A stretch of DNA of 64,000 nt from an uncultured delta proteobacterium (lineage in GTDB: Bacteria; Desulfobacterota; Binatia; DP-6): assembly GCA_963815115.1 (NCBI GenBank), contig CAWFFN010000005.1, positions 800,001 through 864,000 of the forward strand, given 5' to 3'. A program made the translations under genes and the position numbers. The notes beneath the pieces are model-generated. The model had not been told where the DNA came from. It did not search any database and worked only from the letters and a program-made list of their open reading frames with translations. Position 1 is the stretch's first letter. Each line of letters starts with the position of its first letter. Below are positions 10,101 through 21,906 of the stretch, one piece after another.

Positions 10101-10865
10101 GATCAGCCGGTCGTCGCGGTCGGCGTGCTGCCCGAGCAGGCAGGCGCCGAGGCTCGTGCCGGTGGCAACGCCGGCGCACGGCGCTCCGAAGACGAGCGCT
10201 GCGACCGTGGCGTCGCTGCACTTGGAGGCGATCTTGAGCGCGCCCTTGCTGGTGGCGGTCGCGATGCTCGCGGCGGTCTGCGCGCTGCAGTCGGTCCCGG
10301 CCGGCAGCTTGCCGGCGCCGACCTTGTCCTTGCAGCCGGCGATCAGCTTGTGACGCTTGCCGGCGAGCTTCTGCCCCTCCTTGGATGCCGCCGACTGGCA
10401 CTTCTGCTGGAGGGCGGGAATCGTTCCGCTCGTCCCGTAGGCGACGTCTGCCAGCGCCAGCGCCTGCTCCTCGTGGGTGTCGATCAGGCAGGTCGCCAGG
10501 TCGGCGGCCGTGGCGCTCCCGTAGCAGGCCCCGCCGAAGACCAGCTGCGCGACCACACCGCCGGGGCAGGCGGCCTGGACCTTGGTGGTGAGCTTGGTCT
10601 CGGCCTTTCCGATCTTGGCGGCCGCGCCCGGCTCGATGGTGCAGTCGGTCATCGCCGGCAGGGTGCCCTTGCTCACGGCGTCGAGGCACTTCGAGAGCGC
10701 CTTCTGCACGTTCTTCAGGAGCACGCGGCCCTGCGTCCCGACGGCCTGGCGGCATTTCGCCTCGGCAGGGCTCAGGGCGGCACGGGACGTTGCCGCGCCT
10801 CCGGCGACGGCGAGCGCGGCGATGAGGGCACACGGGATCCCAAGGGCACGACCTGGCGTCCGCAT
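7119..10865 (-). CDS. large secreted CehA/McbA-type PHP metallohydrolase with N-terminal Cys-helical repeats and carboxypeptidase-regulatory-like domains
   Basis: SDFHIHS, SDHD, GHFNAWP, QINH, DSDTH PHP ligands; TDASGHYALTLPPGSY; signal peptide. Confidence 0.8.
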   Translation of the reverse strand: MRTPGRALGIPCALIAALAVAGGAATSRAALSPAEAKCRQAVGTQGRVLLKNVQKALSKCLDAVSKGTLPAMTDCTIEPGAAAKIGKAETKLTTKVQAACPGGVVAQLVFGGACYGSATAADLATCLIDTHEEQALALADVAYGTSGTIPALQQKCQSAASKEGQKLAGKRHKLIAGCKDKVGAGKLPAGTDCSAQTAASIATATSKGALKIASKCSDATVAALVFGAPCAGVATGTSLGACLLGQHADRDDRLITIEYGAAPGGKTAQAKQITNTADCVKGPLSRCRANDYLLANDRIRVVVQDLQRNLFGIGQFGGQIIDADLVRTPPDPERDNFEEWSTAINVENTAHYTSIQVLNDGSDGQAAVIRVAGVDDLLDFLNPSTVVAAFGLPPTAFPAGANDTDLPVDVLTDYILEPGRNWVRVETTVHNTGAAPLSIFFGEFLNGSGQVQQFQSAYGFGGPTVTLTCPVGAANPCNVVVYAGVHDAAGVSYGYTNEVPQSSAFSTSGVAVPFINTEVLLAVIGAATPPWTMQANGSPGDAVTFTRYFIVGDGSVSSVLDARNQALLMATGRIEGTVTAGGSPAAGIQLAVLGPASGAPTGLSRNVVSQAITDASGHYALTLPPGSYSVAANLEGSPYEGGTSAPTEHTVAVAAYATATQDIALPATATLVVNLVDESNAPIPGKASIVGFDPSPDPRNTQNVLNLISLNLGIFNDFGPEDTPFGITRALFFDENGTTGPVPLEPGSYRVVVSRGPEYSIATQDVTLTPGGTATVNAQIARVVDSTGFVASDFHIHSIESPDSEVSRHDRVLTLLAEGVDFFTPSDHDFRTDYTPDVAAVGASSLISTVPGAEITSFDYGHFNAWPVTIDPSLVNGGSVDHGGAAPAGQDFPSFGNYSLTPGQIIAAAFADPAVGTVQINHIHSHFGMDGNSGLAIDTGVVPPQSAVPGSARRLNPAITNYFDPGFSALEVWIGDDRGQVYTNFLGQNVGDWFNLINQGIVRSGVADSDTHVKIVGQAGIPRTMVASPTDDPAALAGIADSLSDNVNAGRAFGTNAPIVRVTTTAASTGQTGGHALGLPTTIATTDGAVDIHVDIQSPIWAEFDRVEYYINSTTTRSSSTKQSGGGPVSVKRYAITPDQVQTVTPSVVTVNGGIPGAQRLEASTTLSLTGLAEDVWVVVMVKGTDGVSRPLFPVIPDSLKSSTNPTLADLTDGNLGEDGMTALAFTNPLFVDVDGGGWTPPGLQIVP

Positions 10866-10980
10866 GACATGAACGATTCCCAGACCCGTCACACGGTTGT
10901 CAAGGAAGACCTGGCCCGCGGGGGCCGGGACTGCACCTGCTCAGGCATCGGAGCCGTGCGAAGGGGAGGGGCTGGCCGAC

Positions 10981-11229
10981 TCACTCCGGCTCGTCGCCGA
11001 AGTGGGCCCGGGTGATGCGCTCCTTCAGGTACTCGAGCGTGCCGAGGTCGTCGATGATGTCGCCGCCCGTGTCGTAGAAGAAGATCTCGCCGTTCTTGTT
11101 GCGGCCGACGGCGACCAGCCACTCGAGGTCATCCCGGTCCTCGAGCAGGTAGTTGATGGTCTGCGCGACGCCGCGCCCGGGGATGATGGTGACCTTGGGC
11201 CGTGCGGGGCGCTCCGTCTGCTTCGGCAT
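10981..11229 (-). CDS. small hypothetical protein
   Basis: 82-aa ORF, GAGG RBS, normal codon style, directly downstream of the rlmD-like gene. Confidence 0.7.
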   Translation of the reverse strand: MPKQTERPARPKVTIIPGRGVAQTINYLLEDRDDLEWLVAVGRNKNGEIFFYDTGGDIIDDLGTLEYLKERITRAHFGDEPE

Positions 11230-11236
11230 GCCGACC

Positions 11237-12509
11237 TCACTTCAATACGAATTCCGCCACCGTTTCAATGTGATACGTGTGCGGAAAGACGTCGACCGGC
11301 TGTACCCGGCCGAGCCGGTATCCGCCCCCGGAGAGGGAGCGGGCGTCGCGCGCGAGGGTGGCGGGATCGCAGGACACGTAGACCACCCGGCGAGGCCGTC
11401 GCGCCACCAGCAAGGAGACGACGTCCGCAGCGCCCGTCCGGGGGGGGTCCAGGACCACCACGTCGAGCCCCTGAGCCGGCAGGCGCTCGAGCTCGGATCG
11501 CCGCCTTCCCGCAGAGGAAGCGAGCCCCGACGATGCCGAGCCGCGCCGCATTGGCGCGTCCCGCGGCGACGGCGACGTCGCTGCGCTCGATGCCGAGGAC
11601 GTCGGCCCCGCGGCGGGCGAGCGGCAGCGTGAAATTGCCGGCCCCGCAGTAGAGGTCGAGCACCCGCCAGCCCGGCCCGACGTCGCCGAGCTCCAGGACC
11701 GTGGCGACCAGCAGGGGGTTCGCGGACGGATTCACCTGGGTGAAGGCGTCGGCCGGGACCTCGAGCTGGAGGTCCGGTTCGAGCGGCACGAGGACATGGG
11801 GGTCGCCGACGACGACGCGAGCCCCGGCCCCCGCCAGCACGGCGCCGCGCACGCTGGCGTGGCGGGCCAGCAGGTCCTCCGTGGCCTCCACGTCTGCCGC
11901 ACCGGGGGAGCGTCGCGTCTCGGTCACCAGCACCACGCCCTCGGGGGCGCGGGCGATCGTGAGGCGGACCGGCACCGCGTGCAGGCTCGCCACCCACGCG
12001 CGGACGATGCCGAGGTGGGTCACCAGGGCGGGATCGGCGATGGCGCAGTCGTCGATCTCGACCAGCGCGTGCGAGCGAGCGCGCCGGAACCCGAGCCGGC
12101 GTCCCTCGACGAGCAGCGTGATCCGCGTCCTGTAGCCCCACGGATCGTCGGCCGAGAGGGGCGGACGAACGTCCACGTCGCGCAGGCCGCCGAGTCGGGC
12201 GAGCTGCTCTGCCACGAGGGCCGCCTTGGCGGTGCGCTGCGCCGAGAAGGTGAGATGTTGCCACTGGCAGCCGCCGCACTGCCCGAACACGGGGCAGCGC
12301 GGCGTTGTCCGGTCGGGACCCGCGCTGACGACCTCGCACAGGTCGGCGCGCAGGAATCCGGCGCGGTGCTCCACGATCCGGGCGTGCACGCGATCACCCG
12401 GCGCGACGTAGGGCACGAAGACGACCTGCCCCTCGTGGTGCGCGAGGCCGTCGGCGCCGTACGCCAGACGTTCCACCACGAGCTCGAGCGGCGCGTCGGC
12501 ATCCTGCAC
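11237..12509 (-). CDS. rlmD: TRAM-domain RNA (uracil-C5)-methyltransferase RlmD/TrmA family, frameshift near 11497
   Basis: [27 protein letters not shown] in one frame; [27 protein letters not shown] in the other. Confidence 0.85.
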
Positions 12510-12596
12510 CCGCGAACAGTGCGCACGCGTGGTGCCGCGGGGCAAGCGCGATGGAGCGCGAACCCGGGTCGGAAATGTGCTACAGGGCCGGCGGTC

Positions 12597-13043
12597 ATGT
12601 CGGCACGGCTTCCCGGAACCGACGTCCGGCTGCGGCGCGGCCGGCGCCGTGACCTCGACGGCGTGCACGCGTTGCTGGCCGCCGCCGACGGGCCACGGCG
12701 CGAGCGCTTCGACCGTCGCACGCTGTCCGACATGGCACAGGACGTGTACGTGGCCGAGGCACCCGGCGGCGAGGTCGTCGGCGTGGTGGCGGTCGCGTAC
12801 CTGCGCTCGTTGCGCGCTGGCCGCTTCGCCGCCGTGCTGGACACCGCCCGCGCGCACGCGGGTCCGCGCGAGCCGCTTCTCGATCGTCTCATCGCATTCG
12901 CCGAGGAGCGCGCGCGCCGGCGCGGATGCCGTCAGGTGAGGGCCTGGGTCGATCCCGGTGACGGTGTGCTGCGAGCCGCTCTCCTCTCGCGTGGCTGGCA
13001 GCTGGGGGACGCGCTCGAGGCTGCTCTGGAGATCGACCGCTGA
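12597..13043 (+). CDS. GNAT family acetyltransferase
   Basis: VYVAE..GEVVG..LIAFAEERARRRGCRQV pattern. Confidence 0.7.
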   Translation: MSARLPGTDVRLRRGRRRDLDGVHALLAAADGPRRERFDRRTLSDMAQDVYVAEAPGGEVVGVVAVAYLRSLRAGRFAAVLDTARAHAGPREPLLDRLIAFAEERARRRGCRQVRAWVDPGDGVLRAALLSRGWQLGDALEAALEIDR

Positions 13044-13068
13044 CGCGCGCCAAGGGAGGGGAGGGACC

Positions 13069-13392
13069 ATGGTCGTGATCCGTTTTCTGTTCGCACTGCT
13101 GCTCGGGTTCGTCATCGGCGCCGGCACCACGCTGTGGCTGGTCCACTCGGAGGCCGGCGATCTCGTGATTCGCCGGACCGAGGTCGTGCAGGATCTCGAG
13201 CGGCGCCTGCGCGAGGTCGAGGACCAGCGTGACAAGCTCGGCCGCCAGGCGGACGACTTCGCGAGGCGCTTCGAGCGGATGGAGGGCGCGTTCAACGACC
13301 TCGAGAAGCGTTACCGGACGCAGGCCGAGGAAGAGCAGCCCGCTCGCGGAGGGCAGCACGACGCCGGCGAGAAGCCCGCCGCTCAGCCCTGA
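13069..13392 (+). CDS. single-TM coiled-coil hypothetical protein
   Basis: GGAGG RBS, N-terminal TM, heptad-rich tail. Confidence 0.7.
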   Translation: MVVIRFLFALLLGFVIGAGTTLWLVHSEAGDLVIRRTEVVQDLERRLREVEDQRDKLGRQADDFARRFERMEGAFNDLEKRYRTQAEEEQPARGGQHDAGEKPAAQP

Positions 13393-13542
13393 CGCGCGTC
13401 ACGAACGCCTCTGGTCAAAGAGTGTAGAGTCGCGTAAATCGAAGACGGCATGGCCCTTGAGGCACGGCAGGGCACGAGCGATCGACGCGCCGGCCGGGCC
13501 GCGCCCGGGACGAGGTCGCGCTCCGATCTGGCACAACGCGTC

Positions 13543-14277
13543 ATGCGCGTCACGGTGCTCGGCTCCGGCGACGCGTTCGGCGCCGGTGGGCGGCTGCACA
13601 GCGCATACCTCATCGAGGCTCCGGGCGCGTCGTTCCTGCTCGACTGCGGACCGAGCATCCTGCAGGCGGCCAAGCGCGTACACTGGGATCTCGCGCGCCT
13701 GGACGCCGTGCTGCTCACCCACCTTCACGGCGATCACTTCGGCGGCGTGCCGTTCCTGTTCATGGAGTACCGCTACGAGACGCCCCGCACGCGGCCGCTC
13801 ATCATCTACGGACCGGTCGGCACCGAGAAGCGCATCAAGGCGCTGTTCCAGGTGCTCTACGAACGTACCGCCGCCGACCCGCATCCGTTCCCGGTCGAGT
13901 ACCACGAGCTGTCGCCGGGCGACGTCGCGAAGGTCGGCGGCGCGCGCGTCACCGCGATCGGCGTGCACCACGTGCCGGAGCTCGTGGCCTTCGCGTACCG
14001 GGTGGAGGCGGAGGGCCGCTCGCTGCTCTACTCCGGTGACACCGCCTGGACGGACGAGCTGGCGGAGCACGCCCGCGGGGTCGATCTGTTCGTCTGCGAG
14101 TGCTCGACCTTCGAGACCAAGCTCGACATTCACATCTCGTATCCGGAGATCGCGGAGCGGGCGCGCAGCCTCGGCTGCCGCCGCCTCGTGCTCTCCCACC
14201 TCGGCAGCGAGCTGCTGCGGCGGTCGGAGGAGCTCAAGCTCGAGTGCGCCCGGGACGGGATGAGCGTGGATCTGTGA
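13543..14277 (+). CDS. MBL-fold metallo-hydrolase (RNase Z/BN-like)
   Basis: VLGSGDAFG, LLDCG, THLHGDH, YSGDT, LSHL. Confidence 0.88.
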   Translation: MRVTVLGSGDAFGAGGRLHSAYLIEAPGASFLLDCGPSILQAAKRVHWDLARLDAVLLTHLHGDHFGGVPFLFMEYRYETPRTRPLIIYGPVGTEKRIKALFQVLYERTAADPHPFPVEYHELSPGDVAKVGGARVTAIGVHHVPELVAFAYRVEAEGRSLLYSGDTAWTDELAEHARGVDLFVCECSTFETKLDIHISYPEIAERARSLGCRRLVLSHLGSELLRRSEELKLECARDGMSVDL

Positions 14278-15412
14278 CCGCCTCGGCCGGCGTGAGCACC
14301 AGGGATCCGCGTCGTTCCTCCTGACGTCGCGACTCGTCCGACGCGAGGATCGTCCCCAGGGTCTGCTGCACGAGGGCACGCAGCAACGGCACGTCGCCCG
14401 GACTGACCCCCGCGCCGAGTGCCTGCGCTGCCGCGAGCGCCTGGCGGGCAGCCGCGCCGCGGGCAGTCTCGGCGAGAACGTACGCCGTACCCTCGAGGCG
14501 GCGCGCGACCACCTCGGGAGGGAAGAGCGCGGCGGCGGCACGTGCCAGCACGGCCGCGACTCGCTCCTCCTGCTGCATGCGTCCGAGGACGAGCGGGCTG
14601 TCGCGCACGGCGGTGAGCTCCTCGACGAACGGGGCGGCGGCCTCCGGCCGCGGCCACCACGTTCGCAGCTCGGGAAGGGCGAGCAGGTTGCTGGGATCGG
14701 CCAGCAACGCGGGTTGCTCGTCGTCGGTGGGCGGGTGCGCCAGGGCCGAGCGCAGCTCGCTCGGCGCTGCCGGAGGCGTGCTGACGAGCCGGGAACGAAG
14801 TCGCAGATAGTCGCGCTGCCGGTCCGGTGCGCCGGCGCGCTCGTGTGCCTCGACGACGAGGGCGTCCAGCACGCGCCAGTCCGCCGCCACCAGCCGGAGG
14901 CCGGTGTCCTTCTGGAGGCGTTCGCGCGCGGCGCGCAGGTCCTTGCGGCTCACCTCCACGAGGCGGACGTCCCGCAGGCCTTCCGGCTCGTTCACCTCCG
15001 CGATGAGGAGCAGCAGGCCGCCGGCGGAATGCGGACGCACGAGCCAGATGAGCCGATCGCCCTGGCCGTCGAACGCCGAGACGAAGCCCTCCAGTTCCGG
15101 GCCCGCGACGGGGGTCGGCTGCTGGGGTGCCTCGAGGACCGGCACGGGAATGCCGCGCTGGCCGAGGCGGAAGAGCGCCCGGCGCAACACCTTGCGGAGG
15201 GCGCGGTCGCTGGTCGCCGCCGCCCGCTCCGCGAGCAGGCGCGCCGTGGCCCCTCCACCCAGCTCGCCGAGCGCATCGGCCAACGATGCGGCGTCCGATC
15301 CGTCGAGCAGCGGCCCGACTCGGTCGTCCGGCGGGTCGTCGCCGCTCACGCCCGCGGCATCGAGACCGAGCCGCCGCAGCGTGGACAGGGCGGCGTCCCG
15401 CCGCCGGCTCAC
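14234..15412 (-). CDS. conserved hypothetical protein
   Basis: GTGA overlap with the M23 gene; clean coding-like ORF (FDGQGDRLIWL..). Confidence 0.7.
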   Translation of the reverse strand: MSRRRDAALSTLRRLGLDAAGVSGDDPPDDRVGPLLDGSDAASLADALGELGGGATARLLAERAAATSDRALRKVLRRALFRLGQRGIPVPVLEAPQQPTPVAGPELEGFVSAFDGQGDRLIWLVRPHSAGGLLLLIAEVNEPEGLRDVRLVEVSRKDLRAARERLQKDTGLRLVAADWRVLDALVVEAHERAGAPDRQRDYLRLRSRLVSTPPAAPSELRSALAHPPTDDEQPALLADPSNLLALPELRTWWPRPEAAAPFVEELTAVRDSPLVLGRMQQEERVAAVLARAAAALFPPEVVARRLEGTAYVLAETARGAAARQALAAAQALGAGVSPGDVPLLRALVQQTLGTILASDESRRQEERRGSLVLTPAEAVTDPRSSRPGRTRA

Positions 15413-16803
15413 GGCGATGGCTCCGCCGGTGGCGCCGCCGGTGGCGCGGGTGCTGGCGCTGGCGGTGGCGCCGCCTTCGGGTGGTCGGCGAGGCGCGCCA
15501 GGACGTGATCGCCGACCCAGTGCTGGTCCCACCACTCGACCGGATCCACGTGCACGCCATGGATCATCATGCTGAAGTGGAGATGGTCGCCGGCTGCCAG
15601 ACCGGTGTCGCCCGTCTTGCCGATCGGATCGCCGCGTTTGACCTCCGCTCCCTGGGTGACCCCGATCTCGCTGAGATGGCCGTAGAGCGAGAACAGCCCG
15701 AGCCCGTGATCGAGGATCACCGCGTTGCCGTAGATGCCGAGCGGGCCGACGAACACCGCTCGGCCGGCGTTGGCCGCCGGGACGGGCATGTTCTTGAGCG
15801 AGGCCAGGTCGTAGCCGAGATGCGTCTGGTGGTCGATGACCTGGCCGTCGTGGGTGTAGGTGCGGCGATCGGCGAAGCCCGAGAGCGGCGCCGCCGGCAT
15901 GCGGAGGAACGATTCGGTCCACAGCGGCGCCGGCGCGCTGTCGCGGCACAGCTCCCGGATGCGCGCCTCGGTGGCCTGGCGAAGGTCTCGATTGATGCGC
16001 AGGTAGCCGTCGACGAGGTTGCCAGTGTCCTGGAGGCCGTTCGCGGCGAGCAGCTCCGGCACCTTGCGGGAGAGGAAGGCGTCGGTGATCGCCAGGGTCT
16101 TCTGCGCGAACTTGCGCGGTTCGACGTGGACGTCGAGCGCCACCTCCGCCCGGTTGCCGGCGCCGTCGGTCGCGACCGCGACCGGCACCGCACCCGGCGT
16201 GCTCTCCGGGACCGCGAAGAGAACGGCCCGCAGCTGCGGGTCCTTGAAGATCCCCGCGGTCGCCGGGAAGAACGCGTCGGCGACCTGCACGCCGCTGTCG
16301 GTCGCATCCGCGCCGACCTTCAGGACGGCCAGCTCGCTGCCCCCGACGCGCGGTGCATGCCGCTTGCTGAGCACGCCGAGCGCCGGCGGCGTGACGTCGA
16401 CGGTGACGTCGCGCGTGTAGCGTGGCGAGCGTCGCAGCGCCGAGAGCAACGAGTGGTCGGTGGCCCAGACCTCGAGCTTCGCGTGGCCCTCGGGAACCGG
16501 CACGTTGGCCCCGAGCGTCGGCGCCAGCGTGGCCTCGTACACCCCGCTCCCGAGCCAGCCGGTGCGCGGGAACTCCTGCCGCGCCAGGACGAGCGCGCCG
16601 CTTCCATCGCCGGGAACCAAGCGGACCTCGACGTGCGCGAGCCCGCTCCCGCGATCCTTCGCGGTCACCCGCATCTGCGTGCCGCGACCGACCGTGTCCG
16701 GAATTCCCTCCACCGTGACCGTGGGGGCGAGCGGCTCCGCACGGGTGGCGACCAGCGTGGCGAGCGCGAAGACCACGAAGAGGGCGACGAGCGCGCGCAT
16801 CAC
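15409..16803 (-). CDS. M23 family metallopeptidase
   Basis: HLGYDLAS (HxxxD), YGNAVILDHG, YGHLS, HLHF. Confidence 0.92.
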   Translation of the reverse strand: MMRALVALFVVFALATLVATRAEPLAPTVTVEGIPDTVGRGTQMRVTAKDRGSGLAHVEVRLVPGDGSGALVLARQEFPRTGWLGSGVYEATLAPTLGANVPVPEGHAKLEVWATDHSLLSALRRSPRYTRDVTVDVTPPALGVLSKRHAPRVGGSELAVLKVGADATDSGVQVADAFFPATAGIFKDPQLRAVLFAVPESTPGAVPVAVATDGAGNRAEVALDVHVEPRKFAQKTLAITDAFLSRKVPELLAANGLQDTGNLVDGYLRINRDLRQATEARIRELCRDSAPAPLWTESFLRMPAAPLSGFADRRTYTHDGQVIDHQTHLGYDLASLKNMPVPAANAGRAVFVGPLGIYGNAVILDHGLGLFSLYGHLSEIGVTQGAEVKRGDPIGKTGDTGLAAGDHLHFSMMIHGVHVDPVEWWDQHWVGDHVLARLADHPKAAPPPAPAPAPPAAPPAEPSP

Positions 16804-16819
16804 CTCATCTCATCTCGAC

Positions 16820-17455
16820 TCATCTCACGAGGGCCAGCACGTCGAGCAGGTTGCACGTGATCCGATGGGTCGCGCCCCAGATGACCTGCCCGGCGACCGG
16901 AAAGAGCCTGATGGGAATCCGGTGCCCCTCGAAGTCCCACAGCTCCTCGCGCTCCGCCCCGGGAGCGAGCAGCTCGGAGACCGGGACCGTGAAGATGGTG
17001 TCGACCTCGTGAGGCGATGGCTTCCAGGGGTAGCGATCGGGGACCACGCCGACGACCGGTGTGATGACGAAGCGAGAGGCGACCGTCTCGAGGTCGTCGA
17101 GACGTCCGAGCAGGCGAACGTCGGCCGGCCGCAGCCCGATCTCCTCTTCGGCCTCCCGCAGCGCAGTGGCTTCGGAATCGACGTCACTCTCGTCGCGCGT
17201 GCCGCCGGGGAAGGCGACCTGGCCCTGATGGTGCGGCAGCGAGGCTGCGCGCCGCGTGAACAGCACGTGCAGGTCGCCGTCGACGGGAAGCAACGGGACC
17301 AGCACGGCGGCGGCCGTCTTGTCGGAGGGCGCGAGCGCGATGCGGCGGCGCGCCGCGAGCTCGCGCGACAGTGCGGCGGCGAGGGGGTCGAATGCGATGC
17401 GATCCAGCGGAGTGATCCCAGTATCCCGAGTCGGGCAAGCGGTGCACGGGGGCAT
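16820..17455 (-). CDS. CoA pyrophosphatase, Nudix (NudL-like); start uncertain
   Basis: AAVLVPL, HQGQVAFPGG, ALREAEEEIG Nudix box, IWGAT. Confidence 0.88.
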   Translation of the reverse strand: MPPCTACPTRDTGITPLDRIAFDPLAAALSRELAARRRIALAPSDKTAAAVLVPLLPVDGDLHVLFTRRAASLPHHQGQVAFPGGTRDESDVDSEATALREAEEEIGLRPADVRLLGRLDDLETVASRFVITPVVGVVPDRYPWKPSPHEVDTIFTVPVSELLAPGAEREELWDFEGHRIPIRLFPVAGQVIWGATHRITCNLLDVLALVR

Positions 17456-17529
17456 GCGAGATGGTGCGACGCATGCCCCACTCGCGACATTAGCATCGCG
17501 GAGGGGACGCGGAAAGGCGCGCGCTGCGT

Positions 17530-17832
17530 TCACGCGCCGCCGGCGAGCACGAGAAAGAGGTCGCGCACCGCGGCGCGGCCGAGACGCGCGTTGAGCCGTG
17601 TCCGCAGGTCCTGCTTCAGGTACTGCAGCTCGTGCATCCACTCCGCTCCATCCACCTCGACCAGCAGCACGCCGCGGCGCAGCCGGCGCGGGCGCGCGTG
17701 ACGCGCGATGGTGGCGCCGACGACGTCGCTCCACTCGGTCCAGATCGGGAAGCTCGCCAGCTCGGAGCCCGCCGGAAAGCGCGCGAACGCGGCTCGCAGC
17801 GCGTCGCCGAGCGTCGTCACCTCCCGGGCCAC
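17530..17832 (-). CDS. DUF721/DciA family protein
   Basis: WSDVVGATIARHARP..GVLLVEV..WMHELQY. Confidence 0.82.
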   Translation of the reverse strand: MAREVTTLGDALRAAFARFPAGSELASFPIWTEWSDVVGATIARHARPRRLRRGVLLVEVDGAEWMHELQYLKQDLRTRLNARLGRAAVRDLFLVLAGGA

Positions 17833-17895
17833 CGACGCGTCTGTGACCGAAGCGGCGGTCGATTGCAAGCAGGCGACAGACGCGTGACAGTCCGG

Positions 17896-17960
17896 TTGAC
17901 AGCACAAGATATAGTGCTATACCCGGTCCCCTGCCTCAGAGAAGCGCAATATCTGGGAGC
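17896..17960 (+). promoter_or_regulatory. sigma70 promoter of nrdJ with two NrdR boxes
   Basis: TTGACA(17896)..TGcTATACC; boxes CACAAGATATAGTG and CGCAATATCTGGG with cores 42 bp apart. Confidence 0.8.
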
Positions 17961-17971
17961 CCGGGAGGGGG

Positions 17972-20839
<2,868 letters not shown>

Positions 20840-20944
20840 TCTGACGGCATCTGACGGCTGACACACGTGGTGGCGCGGGAGGCGCTGACGAGGGTGGTGG
20901 TGGCGTGGGTACCTCCCGGTGGTGGTGGGGTCCGCGGGTGCGGA

Positions 20945-20972
20945 CGCGGGGCGCTCTTCGGGGCGCCCCGCG
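20945..20972 (+). terminator. strong GC hairpin with UUCG loop downstream of nrdJ
   Basis: CGCGGGGCGCTC-TTCG-GGGCGCCCCGCG; no U tract. Confidence 0.45.
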
Positions 20973-20997
20973 GGTGGTGGCGGTGGGGGGGACGGCC

Positions 20998-21027
20998 TTG
21001 ACAGGCCCGTCGCGCGCTGATTATCGA
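20998..21027 (+). promoter_or_regulatory. putative sigma70 promoter of the gcvH-like gene
   Basis: TTGACA-N18-TATCGA. Confidence 0.45.
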
Positions 21028-21079
21028 CGCGCTGTCAGCTCCATGATGCTCCCCGTCTCTGCCAGCCAGGAAAACCGCC

Positions 21080-21466
21080 GTGGCTGATACCCTGAAGTTC
21101 ACCGAGGATCACCTCTGGGTGCGCGTTGAAGGAACCCGGGCCAAGCTCGGCATCTCCGACTACGGGCAGAACGAGTTTGGCGAGGTGATCGCCGTCGAGA
21201 TCCCGGACGTCGGGGACGAGATCGAGAAGGGCGAGCCGTTCGGCGAGGTCGAGACGGTACGCACCGTGTGCGAGCTGATTTCGCCCCTCAGCGGCTCGGT
21301 TACCGCGGTCAACACCGAGCTGGAGGATCATCCCCGGATCGTGAACGAGGATCCCCTCCACGAAGGTTGGATGATCGAGATCGAGATCGGAGACGAAGCC
21401 GAGCTCGAGGACCTGATGGATCTCGACGAGTACGAGGAGTTCGCGGCCGGCGAGGAGGAGGGCTGA
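21080..21466 (+). CDS. gcvH: glycine cleavage H-protein homolog lacking the lipoyl-Lys
   Basis: HLWVRVEG..GISDY..GEVETVRTVCELISPLSGSV..VNEDP..GWM. Confidence 0.85.
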   Translation: MADTLKFTEDHLWVRVEGTRAKLGISDYGQNEFGEVIAVEIPDVGDEIEKGEPFGEVETVRTVCELISPLSGSVTAVNTELEDHPRIVNEDPLHEGWMIEIEIGDEAELEDLMDLDEYEEFAAGEEEG

Positions 21467-21475
21467 GCCGTCGGG

Positions 21476-21775
21476 CTACGGCTCGTCGGGCGCCCTGAAG
21501 CGGTAGACGAACTCGTCGGAGCGCACCAGCCCCAGCTGCTTGCGAGCCAGAGCCTCGAGGTATCTCGGATCGGTTCGAAGGCGCGCGATCTCCGCGCGCA
21601 GCGCGGCGTTCTCCTGCATGCGCCGCACCGCCGCGGCGCCCAGCTCCTGGCGCTCCGCCCGCAGGGCCAGGTACCGCGTGACGCCGTCCGACCCGATCAC
21701 CAGCGAGGCTGCGACGGCGGCGATGGCGACCATCACCGCGATGGTCAGCGCCGCGTCCGCACTCCTCCACCGCAC
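21476..21775 (-). CDS. ftsB: septum formation initiator FtsB/DivIC
   Basis: TM then coiled coil, YLEALARKQLGLVRSDE. Confidence 0.82.
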   Translation of the reverse strand: MRWRSADAALTIAVMVAIAAVAASLVIGSDGVTRYLALRAERQELGAAAVRRMQENAALRAEIARLRTDPRYLEALARKQLGLVRSDEFVYRFRAPDEP

Positions 21776-21906
21776 GCCGCAGACAGGTAGCGGAAACCTG
21801 GTGAACTGGCAATGCTCCCAGCGGTAAAACGACCTGCTACTGTGGCTCACATGAGATGGCGAACGGCATTCTATGGGCTGGATCACAGCGGAAACGCAGG
21901 GGGCAC

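Noticed and set aside
5875-10833. 1652-aa ORF, and 7830..11015 on the + strand
   Set aside because: Shadow frames of the PHP hydrolase in GC-rich DNA; only the last ~415 aa of the former is protein-like
21780-21900. AT-richer stretch upstream of ftsB as an ncRNA or tRNA
   Set aside because: No cloverleaf or recognisable family motif; probably divergent promoter DNA
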